Of a stretch of 64,000 nucleotides of DNA, positions 31,448 to 45,473 are shown piece after piece; position 1 is the first letter of the stretch, and each line of letters starts with the position of its first letter. The stretch comes from Eledone cirrhosa. Taxonomy: Eukaryota. Position numbers and translations under genes: made by a program. The stretch spans positions 386,446,001 through 386,510,000 of the forward strand of contig OZ024741.1 in the NCBI GenBank assembly GCA_964016885.1, given 5' to 3'. The notes under the pieces were generated by a model that did no database searches, was not told the origin of the DNA, and saw only the letters and a program-made list of their open reading frames with translations.

Positions 31448-32289
31448 GTACATACGTACATACATACATACATACATACATAATACATACATACATACAT
31501 ACATACATACATACATACATACATACATACATACATACATACATACATACTCGGACTCGGAATATTCACATTTTATTAAACACTTGTGCTTATTTGAAAT
31601 GTAGTAGTTTCAACACAGGCGACTACAATATTAATCGATCCCCGAAAATAATAGTTCAAAGAACGAGTAAAGAACCCCCTGGTAACGAAAAGAGATGGAC
31701 AGATGTGCCTGCTGGATGCAGGGCAAATGCGTTAAATATTGCACAAAGGAGACACTGACCACTAAATGCCGTCATTTACAAAATTTGAACCCTGATGCTT
31801 GAACTGTAAGCATTCGGTTGACTCAGGAAGCATTGAGAAAAATTGAAATTTGAAGTTTAGTCATTCCAATGCAACCGACTAAAATAATAGTCGATTACTA
31901 TAAACAGGGCATACAAACCATAAAGACAACCATTGTTTTCATAGTTTAAGCCTTAAAATACCTCTCCTATACAGTTTAAGTAGATATAAACTCATTAAAA
32001 CACACTTTTGTATTTAAACACCGAAAACAGCCAGTAACGATCGTATAGAAACTACCACCAACGGTCGTACCACTAGTTACCAATGATGACCATTACCATC
32101 CACGTTAGCTGCTTGGTAATACACTGAACATCTCCTGTTAGTCTATGAAGCGTTTGTAGTAGATTAGAGAAAAAACATCAGTAAAACAGTAATGGAATGA
32201 AAAATAGAAACATTTTTTATAGTTAAAGCCTTAAGATATACACTTCAATCGCATCGAAACTTATTTAATAAGTTTAAATTTTAAACACT

Positions 32290-32458
32290 TTTTATTCAGA
32301 CGTACGAACCGCGATAAAAAAAAAATAGATATGTTCTAACGAAAGATCCGTGATGTAGCGAGGAATACCGCGATAGGAAATTAGATACATTCCAAAGAAA
32401 AATCCGCGATGTAATGGGACCGCAAAAAGTGAACCACAGTATAGCGGGATTTACTGTA
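32290..32458. mobile_element. Possible right end of a pogo/Tigger-type MITE
   Basis: Repeated ccgcgat subterminal motifs ending in gcgggatttactg-ta. No matching left end found. Confidence 0.35.
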
Positions 32459-32517
32459 CATGATTATTATTTTTTTATATTAATATTAATTATAAAGAAT
32501 AAATAATATATATATAT

Positions 32518-32653
32518 TGCTTTTGAAAACAGCTAGTGATATGCATGTAAGTAAATATTCTCTTTATCTGATATTTTGTAACTAAACTTACATAGATCAA
32601 TAATGAGGTATAGCTACAATGTATTATCATCATCTAGAAACGATCGTAAAGCA
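32518..32653 (+). ncRNA. Hammerhead-like motif with ~105-nt stem II region
   Basis: tgctt-TTGAAAA-...-GAAA-C-GATC-G-TA-aagca. Followed by (TA)n at ~32703. Confidence 0.55.
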
Positions 32654-32699
32654 GTGAAGTATATCTCTAATGACTTGATTTTTTATTTCATTGTTTTAA

Positions 32700-32760
<61 letters not shown>

Positions 32761-32981
32761 GAATAATCGAGTATCGAAAAATCGGCGCACGAGTTCACGA
32801 TAAACAAAATTCGATATGAGCGGCAGAGGGCTCAATAATTTAGATAAATCAGAGCTATAACTATCGTTAAAATACCGTCACACATAGAACAAGTCTATAA
32901 TCAACCATACAACCGAAAAATTGCGATCTGGAAGATTCGGGACACTCAGATAAAAAATAAATAATATATATATATATATAT

Positions 32982-34262
32982 ATTAAAATAACAGATTAAA
33001 GTTTAAGCAAATAATCGCTGCTTTCACCCTTAACGGGATCTTCTGAAACTAACAAAGTCAATCTGTCAACGCAGAAGTAAATATTTCAAAAAACGTTGCA
33101 ACCGGAGGAAGACGATACTTTGGTTCGTGGAAACGTTCCCTGGCAGAGAACGGGAAAAAACGAATACAATACGTCATTATTTGGAGCGGTGAAAAACAAT
33201 TACACGCAAAGACAAAACCACGTTTATGGTATAAAAGAAATCGTAGACTAATATTCTATTAGGAGGTTCATAGAGACGTTCTCTGGCAATGAACGGAAAA
33301 AACGAAGATAATACGTCATATGTGGAGCGTGGAGAACAATTGCACGCAAAGACAAAACCACGTAAATGGTATAACTGAAGTCGTAGACTAAAATTCTAAC
33401 TAGGAAACCGAATGATTCTCGGCTTCAGAGTTAAGCATAAAGTAAATAAAATACAGAGGTAATTGAAATTAAATAAATACATACACGCATCCATATACGT
33501 ACATACACAAGCATACGCGAAAACACTCGCCATAGGTATACAAATACACGCACATATAAATATGTGTGTGTGTGTGTGTGTGCGTGTATACAAATAATTA
33601 AATAAACGTATATAAATAAATAAATACGTATATAACAAGCGCACACACATACCTACATGTAAATACACATATGTTCGGAGACGTACGTCAACCAAAACAC
33701 GAAGTACACATATACACACACCCTACATACGTACGAACCCGCATACTCACACAGACGCAAAACTCACGTATACACATAACCAAAAGCATATGTACCAGAA
33801 TATATAAAATATACGCCATAACATATACAATCAAATATACGTACGAGAAAGTATACGTACCTTCACAAAACATACAGGTAATATATACTTACCTATACAA
33901 ATAAGTAATGGTATAAACATAACATATACTTAACTACCACATCAAGACGTAAAATATCCGCGTATAGATCGTACTATCCGTTAGGGTATAATGTGGGGCT
34001 GTTATACAGGAAAGTTTTGTGCAATTTATGTTTACAAGCCGAAATTGCCTCAGATTTTTTGTTTAAGATGTGGTCTGTGGCGTAGAGTATTTCCAGGGCC
34101 TCAGCGGCGCAGAGGTCACATGGTCTTTTATTTCCGTTATACGATCTTGCCCTAGCTAGGATCTCCCAGTGTAACTACGGTTCTTATATATTTGATATAT
34201 ATTTATCCTTATCGAGCCCTCTTTGGATTTTAGTCTTCAAATTTATTATTATTACTATATAC
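32982..34262 (-). mobile_element. Non-coding PLE pLTR fragment with HHR (33001-33050) and an inverted tail piece (34175-34262)
   Basis: 32982-33150 matches 37312-37488; 34175-34262 is the reverse complement of 37215-37300. ~145-bp tandem duplication at 33130-33405. Confidence 0.7.
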
Positions 34263-34265
34263 ATA

Positions 34266-34450
34266 GGGCGGTGGATTGGCAGTATCGGTAGAGGGTCGGA
34301 CGCCATGCTTTACAGCATAGTTACGTCCCTTTACAATCTGAGTTCAAATCCCGCCGAGGTTGACTTTGCCTTTCATCCTTACGGAGTCGATAAAATAAAG
34401 TACCAGTAATGCACTGAGTAATTGCTGGCCTTGTGCCTAAAGTAGAAACA
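34266..34450 (+). mobile_element. SINE family A, full length
   Basis: Perfect 15-bp TSD attactatatacata (34251-34265 and 34451-34465). Confidence 0.93.
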
Positions 34451-34529
34451 ATTACTATATACATATATATATATATACATTTATATATAATATTTGATGG
34501 TTTAGTCTTAATAAAACGGAGTATTGCCA

Positions 34530-35520
34530 AGAAGTATGATACTTGTTTTGTAGACCACGTTCTTGGGACCTGTTGTGAAAGGTTCTGCAGGAGTATGGGA
34601 TCGATGGTCAGGTTCTTGCTGTCTTCATGTCTCTATACGAATGCCCAAGTATTTATGTTCGGATAAACGCTGATAAATCGAAACCATTCAATGTGGGAGT
34701 CGGATTCCACCAATGGTGCTTACTGTCACCTCTCGTGTTTATTATTTTAATGAACAGGATTGACATGCGTAGCTGGATCGAAAGTGGTATCACGACTGGC
34801 AGGTGTAAAATCAGTCAGCTGGAATTTTCAAACGTTACTTAACTCGACAGAAGGTGATCTCCGACTTGCACTTGATAGGTTTGATGCCGAGTGCTCTCAA
34901 GGAAGCTTGTGCAGTGCACTCTACATGTGAATGGAGTTTCGCTGAAGCAGATGGAGAAGTTCAAGTATCTCGGGGCCATGTTCACGAGTAATGGAAGGCA
35001 GGAGGCTGGATTAAGTGCAAGAATTGCAGGAGCTGGTGCAGTAATGAGCCAACTTCAGCATTCGGTAATAAGTGCAAAAACCAAACTCGCTGTCTTCAAT
35101 TCGGTATTCGTGCCAACCCTTACTTATGGTCATGAATACAATCGCGAATACAAACGACCGAAATGGGGTTCCTCCGAAGAGTCTTTGGAGTAACGTTACT
35201 CGATAGAGTGCATAGCTCGGAGATCAGAGAGTCCCTCCAGGTAGAGCCGCTACTCCTCTGAATTGAGAGATTACAGCTCAGATACTATGAGCATGTGGTT
35301 AGAATGTCTCAAGAAAGAATCTCTGGACAGATTTTTGGGGCAAAACCAACCAACAGGAGACCAAGGGGTAGACCCCGAGCAAGGTGGTTGGATAACATTC
35401 ATTAGCTTGGCTGATCTTGCTTGGGGATCCAGCCGGATTTGTTGGAGACGGTTGCTTCGGACAGGAGCCGCTGCAAGGAGTGTTTCAGGCCCTCACGACC
35501 CTCTCACGAATAAGTGGGCA
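34530..35520 (+). mobile_element. Old RTE-like LINE fragment, different family
   Basis: GFHQWCLLSPLVFIILM, MEKFKYLG and VPTLTYGHE in broken frames. Confidence 0.8.
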
Positions 35521-35826
35521 AAAAAAGAGAAAAACTAATGATAAATTAAAAATGTATTTTTAAAAATGAGGCAACCCCCGGCCCCAGGGTATGTAGTCCT
35601 CAGTTATAAATTATAGTTGAAAAAGTCAATTTAAGTAATCCTCGAGTACTGTAGTACACAGTAAATATGTACCTTGCCATTATGACGTCACAATACTGGT
35701 GATAATTGTTTCGAGAATCTTATAGTTTAGCTTTGATTTGAAAGAATGAATCAATCAATTTATCCATATATAAATATATATATATTTATCCTCACAACTT
35801 CATAGAATAAAACACACACACACACA

Positions 35827-35858
<32 letters not shown>

Positions 35859-36385
35859 GAAATACACAAATATACAGGTGTGCACGCATATGCACACGCA
35901 CGTACACACAATCTCTTAAACGTATGTATACACACATATCCTCATAGCTTCGTACAGATAGACAACAAAAACATGCACACACGCACACACAGACATACAC
36001 ACTTACACACCTACATATCTACTCTGTATATAAAACGATATTTTACTTTTCAGCACAGACGCCTTCGATCACTACCTTTTAAAATACGCCCAAATGAACT
36101 ACTTATTTACCAACGCTGTATTCAACAATTTTCCAAGAATTATGACCTAAATAGAGTTGCTATTTCTTAAAGAATTTTTTTTGGTTTCTGCTACTGTTCA
36201 CTCCTCTCTATCTTTCTATTTTTTTTTATTTTCTCATTCTCTTTTCTGATGAAGGACTACGGTGCGAAAGGTTGAGACACTAAAACTAATATATTTCTTC
36301 ATTCTACTGTGTCGTTTTTTTTTGTTGTTATTTCTGTTTGTCTTTTGCATACACACGTATACTGTATGTATACGTATGTATGCAT

Positions 36386-36500
<115 letters not shown>

Positions 36501-36707
36501 GTGTAGGAGGTGAGTTTTATTGTAGTACAATAAAGCAATGCAGATATCGGATAAGTACCACTCTAGATATGTTGATTTAAAACTGCACTATTCACAAGTG
36601 TTTTTTAACCTTCATATCATGTCTCCCTATTTTATCTGACGAAAACGCAAATGTTATCGCATGATGATATTTGTTTTTGAAATGCGCATAATAAAATACA
36701 TGGAAAT

Positions 36708-36770
<63 letters not shown>

Positions 36771-36776
<6 letters not shown>

Positions 36777-37106
36777 AGATTCAGGACACCGACGGCTGAG
36801 TTCCAGCCGTTTCGACAGCTAGATCAGAATCTAGTTCGGATCTAGCTGTCGAAACAGCGGGAGGTCAGCCGTTAGGGGTCCTGAATCTTTTCATATTACC
36901 CACTCTACTACCCCAAGCATCGAGTACTCTGGTGGGTTATGGTCCACCTGGTATTTTCCCACACCCTATCTGATATATATAACAAAGGAAATGTGGTAAG
37001 GAACCAGATGGAACATAACGCACCAGAGTACTCAATACTTAGGGTAGTAGAGTGGTAGCTCAAGCCGTTTCGACGGCTAATAGCCGTCGGGGTCATACTT
37101 TTTCCT
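36771..37106. mobile_element. Two adjacent fold-back cassettes of one pLTR family (third copy at 63213-63405)
   Basis: Palindrome 36771-36896 plus extension to ~36970; second unit 36975-37106 in opposite orientation. (TA)n at each boundary. Confidence 0.75.
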
Positions 37107-37218
37107 ATATATATATATGCGACAAGTGTTGTATCCTGTTTACTTTTCGCATACATATGTATAAATATATATAAGTACACACAGACACACAGACATATAT
37201 ATATATATATATATATAT

Positions 37219-37617
37219 AGTAATAATAATAAATTTGAAGACTAAAATCCAAAGAGGGCTCGATAAGGATAAATATATATCAAATATATAAGAACCGTAG
37301 AGCAAATATTTATTAAAATAACAGATTAAAGTTTAAGCAAAGAATCGCTGCTTTCACCCTTAACGGGATCTTCTGAAACTAACAAAGTCAATCTGTAAAC
37401 GCAGAAGTGGACATTTCAAAAAACGTTGCAACCGGAGGAAGACTGGAAGGCGATACTTTGGTTCATGGAAACGTTCGCTGGCAAAGAACGTCTGGGAACG
37501 TTTCCATGAACCAAAGTATCGTCTGCGTTTACAGATTGACTTTGTTAGTCTCAGAAGATCCCGTTAAGGGTGAAAGCAGCGATTCTTTGCTTAAACTTTA
37601 ATCTGTTATTTTAATAA

Positions 37618-37621
<4 letters not shown>
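37219..37621. mobile_element. Asymmetric inverted cassette with HHR in both arms (37331-37380 minus; 37547-37597 plus)
   Basis: agttt-CAGAAGA-t-ccc gttaa ggg-t-GAAA-GCA...TGC-TT-aaact; (TA)n on both sides. Confidence 0.75.
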
Positions 37622-37702
<81 letters not shown>

Positions 37703-37705
<3 letters not shown>

Positions 37706-38036
37706 AGTAAGAATATTTTCGAAACAGCGAGCGAGTTTATAAATTATAAATGTAAGCTATCGCCGTATTTTGACTAAAGAAATTAAAGAAATTATTTAGC
37801 CTGATAGTGGGGTTAAGAACCCTCGCAGAAATGGAAAAAGATGAGTATTGACGTACATGTATTGAGGTAATGGTAGCACAGTGGTCTGGATAACCAAAGA
37901 TATGGGTTCGACTCCCATGTACGTCAATACTCATTTTTTCCATTTCTCCGAGGGTTCTTAACCCCACTATTAGGCTAAATAATTTCTTTAATTTCTTTAG
38001 TCAAAACACGGCGATAGCTTACATTTATAATTTCAT
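37703..38036. mobile_element. Palindromic cassette with a tRNA-like sequence at its axis (relative at 54650-54780)
   Basis: Arms at 37744-37859 and 37916-38033; axis contains atggg-ttcgact-cccat. Confidence 0.7.
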
Positions 38037-38049
38037 ATATATATATATA

Positions 38050-41000
38050 GTATTTACGTATCGAGAGAGAGAAAAAAAGGGTTGATAGGTGATACATATA
38101 GTTATTTGCCAAGTAGCGTATGCCAAAGGTGCTCGATACTAGTGCCGGCAGTATTAAATATTCGAAGTCTTAATATTTAGTGGGCTAGAGAGTTAGCAGA
38201 GCGTAAGCACGTGGAAAAGTAAGAAATCGGAGAATAGACCATTAAAACGTGTTTATTTAAAACAGCACCTGCGTACGTTTTGCCCAGTTGGGCTTCTCAA
38301 GGGCATAAATAACAAAAAGTGTTCCTTACATTGCTCGGAAAGAGTCTTTGGGGTTATGTTCACGTCAAGATTCATTGCTCGCAGAAATAGCGTATTTTGA
38401 TTTTGCAGCAGGTCAAGGGAGGTAACTCTGGCCGGTATTAGGGCAATCTTTCCCGGGCAAATTTTTTATCCGTTACAAGATGTGGTTACAGCCTTACCAT
38501 TGTCGATACGCACAGTGTCATGTAATCCACGCTTATTTTGAGACGCTTGTTTATCGGACCTGTTTGCCTGGGTCGTTTGAGGCTGGGTCTGGTATGCATG
38601 GTTAGTTTCCTGGGGTTATTTTGCAGCGCCTGCTCGCCGGGGTGTTAAAACTTGTTGCAGGGAGATCCGGTACACGATTTCACTCCTCATCCTTAACACA
38701 TCTTAACACCTTACTGGACTCCTTTGAGGAGGACCTGCTGAAAATGATCAAAAACGTTAAGTTCAGAAAGAAACACTAATGCAGCAATCCATTCTTAACG
38801 TCCCTTGATACACTAATAACCAAGATCAAGAATGACCCGCACCTCTTCGTCGCCTCCGACAAAACCAAGAAGATGTACAAGATGGACGCGAGTAAGTATA
38901 AAAAATTCATTTATAAGGAACTACACGAAGACTACAAAAAGACACCCTCTAAAGGACATAAATAGAGTAGGGAAGGATATAGTTACCAGCTTAGAAATAG
39001 AAAAGTACACTAACCCGTACGTCCCTCTGACGCCTAGGTTCTCTCTTAAGGATCACAAATGTAACTTTAATGAAAGCCCCTCTATTAGACTAATATGCCC
39101 CTCTACATCTGATATAGGTAAGATTAGTAAAGTGATCCTTGACAGAGTACTACTGGAGCTTAATAGAAAGGCTAAGGTCTGCCTCTGGGGCAACACCGAC
39201 CAGGTCATAAATTGGTTCACCGAGTTGCCGGATAAAGCGACCCTGAAGTTCATCCAGTTTGACATAGATAGTTACTACGCCTCTATCTCCCCCATACTCT
39301 TAAATAAGGCACTCATCTTAGCTAAATCTAACACTAGCCTCACTAAAAAAGAAATAGACATAGTTCTAGCGGCGCGTAGAACCATTATCCAGTTCGAAGG
39401 CTCCCACTGGACCAGAACCAACCGTCCTGATAACTTCGATGTCACGATGGGGTCCAGTGACTCAGCGCAAGCAACTGACCTGGTCGGGATATACCTCCTA
39501 CATAAGCTTAGGGACGAGATACCGGCTCTACAAGGAGGTGTATATAAGGACGACGCCCTGTTTACCGTTAGGAACCATAGCCCTCGTAGGATAGAGAACC
39601 TTAACAAACATATACACAGATTCTTCAAGTCATACGGCCTATCCGTAACTATGGACCTCAACCACCAGGTTGTCAACTTCCTGGACGTGACCCTGGAGTT
39701 GAGTACGGGCTTATACAAGCCATGCCATAAGCCTGGAGAGTGCCTCTCTTATATTAATTATGCCTCCAACCACCCCAAACAGACTCTCAACTCCATAGGC
39801 TATAGTATATCACATAGAATCTCGAGGCTATCCGCTAATGAGGATATCTTCAACCAAGCGGCAGATTACTCAATAGGGCCTTGATAAGCGCCGGCTTTAA
39901 CCGAGGAATTTCCTACATCCCTAACGCTAGCTCTAGAAACCACCCCCCTCATAAAACAAACGTTATAGTAAGCCATACCTATAACCGACGACCTCGTTGG
40001 AGTCGGATATAATAGAATAGATAATCGCACTAAAGATCACGACCCCGGCGACAGTGACCACTGTAGCTTACTCGAACTATTCCCCTACTACAAAATCAAC
40101 AAAGGCGACGGCCTACTACCAACGCCTTCCTACCAACATCTTCCTGTACATAAACATGGAAGAAGGAAGAAGAGTGCACCCGAACATAAAGTGAAATGGG
40201 CACCTAACGGGCTACAGCGCATTAACATACATAAGAACGGTCACCTAGATGGAACCACCCGTAGCAAACGTACAAGGACACGTAATCGCCACCGTAACGT
40301 CCTATGGTTCCACCCCCCTACTCTCGGAGTGTGGCCTCCAACATACCCCGGATATTCTTCGAAGCCTTAGAGAAGAACTTCCCGCCCAACCATAGGTATA
40401 GAAAAATTCTTAATAGGAACAATATAAAAATATCCTTCTCTAATACTCCTAACCTAGCAGACATCATAGGAACAACGAACCACAGAAAGATCATCAAGAC
40501 ACAGCACCTTAGCACAGACGCACCTACGCCTGACAATAACTATATCGGCCTTAACAACTCCCTAGCAGCATCCAATAGTGCTGGCAACGGCCTCCGCAGA
40601 CGCAACCGGAATAACCGCGAAATGACTGGCGAACATGCAGGACATGACGTGCGGAATAATAATCGTACCACCCCGCGCGCTATGGGTTGTAATGGTGCTA
40701 ACGACAGCTGCGGGAGCGTAGATAACAACGTAGGCAGCAACAATGATAGCCTTACCGTGGGAAATGGATGGAACCGCGACAGAAATTGCAACTGCCGCGA
40801 CAGGGGACGCTGCCCCCTTAGAGGATACTGCTTGACTGATAGGGTTATATATATATAGGTAACTAGCCACAATAGCGTTAAACATTATATAGGGACTACC
40901 TCCGGCCCTTTCAAAATTAAGTTTCGAACACATCTCCACTCTTTCACAAATAAGAAATTAAGACACTCCACTTCGCTCGCGGACTACATCACATCATTAA

Positions 41001-41681
41001 AGGACTTAAACATCAGCTTCTCCACGCACTGGGATATTGTCGGCAGGGCTGCACCGTAAAACTTCAAGAGGAAGTGCGATCTTTGCCTCATAGAGCTCTA
41101 CCACATCATAACTGCACCCCACGAGCTCATCAACAGCAGAGCTGAAACAGCGATAAGCTGTACACATCGCTTAAAAATATCCTTCTTCAGATGGGTTAAG
41201 GATGAGGAGTGAAACCGTGTACCGGAACTCCCTGCAACAAGTTTTAACACCCCGGCGAGCAGGCGCTGCAAAGTAACACCCAGGAAACTAACCATGCATA
41301 CCAGACCCAGCCTCAAACGACCCAGGAAAACAGGTGCGATAAGCAAGCGTCTCAAAATAAGCGTGGCTTACATAACACTGTGCGTATCGACAATGGTAAG
41401 GTTGTAACCACATCTTGTAAAGGATAAAAAATTTGTCCGGGAAAGACTGCCCTAACACCGGCCAGGGTTACCTCCCTTGACCTGCTGCAAAATCAAAATA
41501 CGCTATTTCTGCGAGCAATGAATCTTGACGTGAACATAACCCCAAAGACTCTTTCCGAGCAATGTAAGGAACACTTTTGGTTATTTATGGCCTTGAGAAG
41601 CCCAACTGGGCGAAACGTACGTAGGTGCTGTTTTAAATAAACATGTTTTAACGGTCTATTCTCCGATTTCTTACTTTTCCA

Positions 41682-41683
<2 letters not shown>
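38050..41683 (+). mobile_element. 5'-truncated Penelope-like element with inverted pLTRs
   Basis: 38209-38702 is the reverse complement of 41190-41683. RT at 38710-39900 (LKDHK, RLICP, FDIDSYY, MGS, YKDD, FLDVTL); WFxPPYS, CNC..CPL.G.CL and a GIY-YIG region at 40300-41190, with frameshifts. Confidence 0.92.
41590..41626 (+). ncRNA. Minimal hammerhead in PLE pLTR
   Basis: gcc-TTGAGAA-gccc aact gggc-GAAA-C-GTAC-G-TA-ggt. The inverted copy at ~38267-38303 has GAAA>AAAA and GTA>GCA. Confidence 0.75.
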
Positions 41684-41714
<31 letters not shown>

Positions 41715-42522
41715 ATATATAATTCCAACCGTTACAGCTATATAACAATATTGATATCTTTAGACTTCGTAAAATAATTCTTATTAGAAGTTACACAGAG
41801 AAGAATGTGAAATAATCGTTAATGGGGGTTCTAAAGAGAGGAATGTATTATAATATATCTTTCTAATACATATATTGACATGCCAACAACAACCGTGGGA
41901 TTAATGTTTACTTCATACATATATTTAAACTCTACCTATTTCACATACGATACAACTATAAATAAAAACATTCCAAACATTAAACCTATACTCTACACCC
42001 AACATAAACATTTCTACATTAACTCTAATATAACCATTTTTTAATGCTACTGACTTGTCTTATTTTACTTATATTATTCCCATTACATAACATTTATATA
42101 TGTCCTATCATTATGTATTTTTACCATAATGTATGCTACTTTTAATATTCTGTATCTAATAACTATATATATTCACTTTCTGCCTTACCTCACGCATGCT
42201 TTTTATTAATATTCTGTATATTTTGCTTCATATACCCTTATTATAACACATTTCAATACTATGATATCGTTTTACTGTAATATGTATTTGCTTGATATCT
42301 TTTTGCACCTTTATTACCTTTATACATAACTTTCTGTATAATACGCTTATCACTGTAAGTAATAACCTCTTCACAACAGCTAATATTTTGCTATCTGTTT
42401 ACTGTAATATCATTTTGTTACTCTTGATTTTCAATATGATGTCACTGACACTGTTCATAATATTGTATCTTCATGAAAGTTATAAATACTAGGAGTATAG
42501 TACTTGTTTAAACATAGTGTAA

Positions 42523-42567
42523 GCTCCGAGGAATCCAGACAATTATCTGGAAGAAACAATCGTCAGC
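42523..42567 (+). ncRNA. Minimal hammerhead motif
   Basis: gct-CCGAGGA-a-tccaga caatta tctgga-a-GAAA-C-AATC-G-TC-agc. (TA)n follows ~50 nt later. Confidence 0.65.
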
Positions 42568-42613
42568 AATTAAATGTATTAAGCAAAAATTTGATTGTTT
42601 TATATTTTGTACA

Positions 42614-42661
<48 letters not shown>

Positions 42662-42765
42662 GTTATATATTTATATATATATAAAAGGTAGAATTAATAT
42701 GAGTTGATAATACAACTGTATAAGGCATACATGTATTCAAATCTCTAATTATTCACAAGATTGGT

Positions 42766-42889
<124 letters not shown>

Positions 42890-43115
42890 AGTCAATCGAC
42901 AAGATCCCCAGACCTCATTCGCTTAACGATTGGGGTGGAGCTCGTCAAATCGGACCGACGAAACAATGTTTCCATTGGTCTTTGCAATTGCTAATACTAT
43001 AGTCCGGTCGCAACTCCAGACACAAGGAGCAACGTAAAATAGTGTCTTGCTCAAGGACATAACACAGCGCGCGGTCTAGGAATCAAAATTACAATTCTCT
43101 AACCACTCAGCTACG
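42890..43115 (-). mobile_element. Degenerate CORE-type SINE
   Basis: agtgtcttgctcaaggacataacac is the reverse complement of a CORE-like segment. Confidence 0.6.
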
Positions 43116-43250
43116 TGCTGATACATATATTCAAATATATATATATATATACATATATATAATACATATACATAAACACATACACACAAACGCACACACA
43201 TACATATATATATGAGCCCCATAGATTATATTCCTTTGTTAAATTTCGAA

Positions 43251-43307
43251 TACCTGATGATGTCAGTGGATTCATACTGAACCCTGTCCTTGAAATGTTC
43301 ACAGTAT
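43251..43307 (+). ncRNA. Degenerate hammerhead motif
   Basis: tac-CTGATGA...GAAA-tgttca-ca-gta, then AATAAA and an extension to (TA)n. The cleavage triplet is not canonical. Confidence 0.4.
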
Positions 43308-43496
43308 AATAAACCTTTAAGCAATTACACCAGTCCAGCCTCCTGTTATTTTATAATAATTAACTCCGTACTCGCACCACCAACAACACAAATGAAGAAG
43401 GCTGAGTTGCATTACGTCCAGTGCTCTCCCTAATATTATATCGAGGTTTACATACGGAATGACCATTTCTATCCAGTGGTGAACCAACAAACCTAA

Positions 43497-43539
<43 letters not shown>

Positions 43540-43540
<1 letters not shown>

Positions 43541-45473
43541 AAATGTGTGAAATCCTTCGTACAGTTAGGTATATTTGAAAAAAAGGGCTGGATACCTAGA
43601 CAAAATTAGTATACCAAAGAACATAATCTTGGTAGAGGTTATAATAACTCTAGTAATGTAGCTAGTAATAATCATCAGGCTAACAAAAGGAGGAGACTTA
43701 GATATAAAAATATCCTTTGGTACAACGCTCCCTTCTCTCTTTCCGTTATTAATAATACCCCTAAATTATTTTTTAGTGCATTACATAACAGCTTCCCTCC
43801 TTCACATATATATAGCAAGATTTTCAATAGGCATACTATTAAATTCTCGTATTCTACTACTTCGAACATTTCAAAAATTATCTCAAGACATAATTCTAAA
43901 ATATTAAGTAATAACTTATATGCATCCAACCATGAGAGTCATAATAATAACAGTATAAGGCCCGACGTCAATGTAAACTCTAGGCAAAATAACACAAGTA
44001 TAAATACGATGTCAAACGTAACTTTGAGGAATACATCAAATAGTAATGTAAATTTAGAAACTTTAGCACCTCCTTTAGTTAATTCCACCACTCCAGTTCC
44101 TAATATAATTAATCCTGTGCCACTTGCCAATAACTCTGTAAATAATCTTAATCGTAAATGCAACTGCCCTATTATAACTAATTGTCCTCTTAGTAATTTC
44201 TGTCTCGATAAAAACCTAGTATACGAATGTAAAGTGGTAACTAGTACCAATAACTTTACCTACATTGGCTCTACTTCTACCTCTTTTAAAGCAAGATCCT
44301 ATAATCATTTTTCTACGTTTAAAATCTCCACTTAAAAGGACCAGCACCGCACTTTTAGAACTTATTTGGTCCTTAAAAGACAAAAACATAAATTACGAAA
44401 TTTCTTGGCGTAAAATCTACAATGCATCTCCATACTCCAATGCTTCCATATCTAGTGTTTGTAATTTATGTCTAGCTGAAAAATTTACCATTATCTCGAA
44501 TTTAAACACAATAATAAATCGAAGAACCGATTTATTTGGACTTTGTAATCATAAATCCTACAAGACCTTTCACAAAGTATATAGCTGATATCCTATAATA
44601 TATTCCACGAGTCACTGTTATCTTTACACCTCTTTCATTATATTCTACAATGTATTATTTTGGTTTTCTCATTATATATTAAGCTTTTGATCTTCTTTTG
44701 TATAGCCTTAGATTTTCGCTCAAACCTTCGTAGATTTTGTGAACATTAGATGACGTCATATTATAATAGATTTTCTCTACGTTTTTTCTACGTTTATTCT
44801 TCTACCAATTTCCTTTATTTACTTGATGATATAAAATAAAACTTAAATAGTATACCCCACATATATATTTTTACTAGAAATTATTAACTTTGACATAGAT
44901 AGACTATTTTTATTTTATTTTATAAAAATATTTTTATATTTATTTTACTAATACATTTTTACACTTCTTAAAACAATGTTTAGTATTTAAACCCAATATA
45001 AAATAATATTCCAAGTTTCTATATTTAGACCTCTAATATTCGCACATACAGCTGTTTTCAATTTGACAGCGTTCCTGAACAAAAGTCTCTCTCTCTCTCT
45101 CTCTCTCTCTCTTCTTCCTTCTTTTTTTCTTTCTTCTTTTTCTTTTTCCTTTTTTCTCTTCTTTCCTTTTCTTCTCTTTTCCTATCTATTTCTTACTATA
45201 GTATTAACACATATATTTCTGTCATATGTAGACTTAGCATTATCCTATAAAAAAGTGGTATTATGTCTCATATCATTGTACCTTATTTTTTATCTGAAGA
45301 GAACACAACATCTGTCCCAGGATTATTTTGTATTCGAAATACGTATAATAAAATATATGGAACTATTATAACCATCTTTATTTCATCTTTATTATATATA
45401 GTTCAGTTCTACCAACTGTTGAGTGCTACTTATCTGTATATGCATAGTTTTATTGTTCTACAATATTACTCAC

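Noticed and set aside
33130-33405. CRISPR-like repeats
   Set aside because: Only a two-unit ~145-bp tandem duplication in eukaryotic repeat DNA; no spacers or cas genes.
37849-37927. Functional tRNA gene
   Set aside because: The D-arm and acceptor geometry are irregular, and the apparent acceptor pairing comes from the surrounding palindrome. Kept only as tRNA-like.
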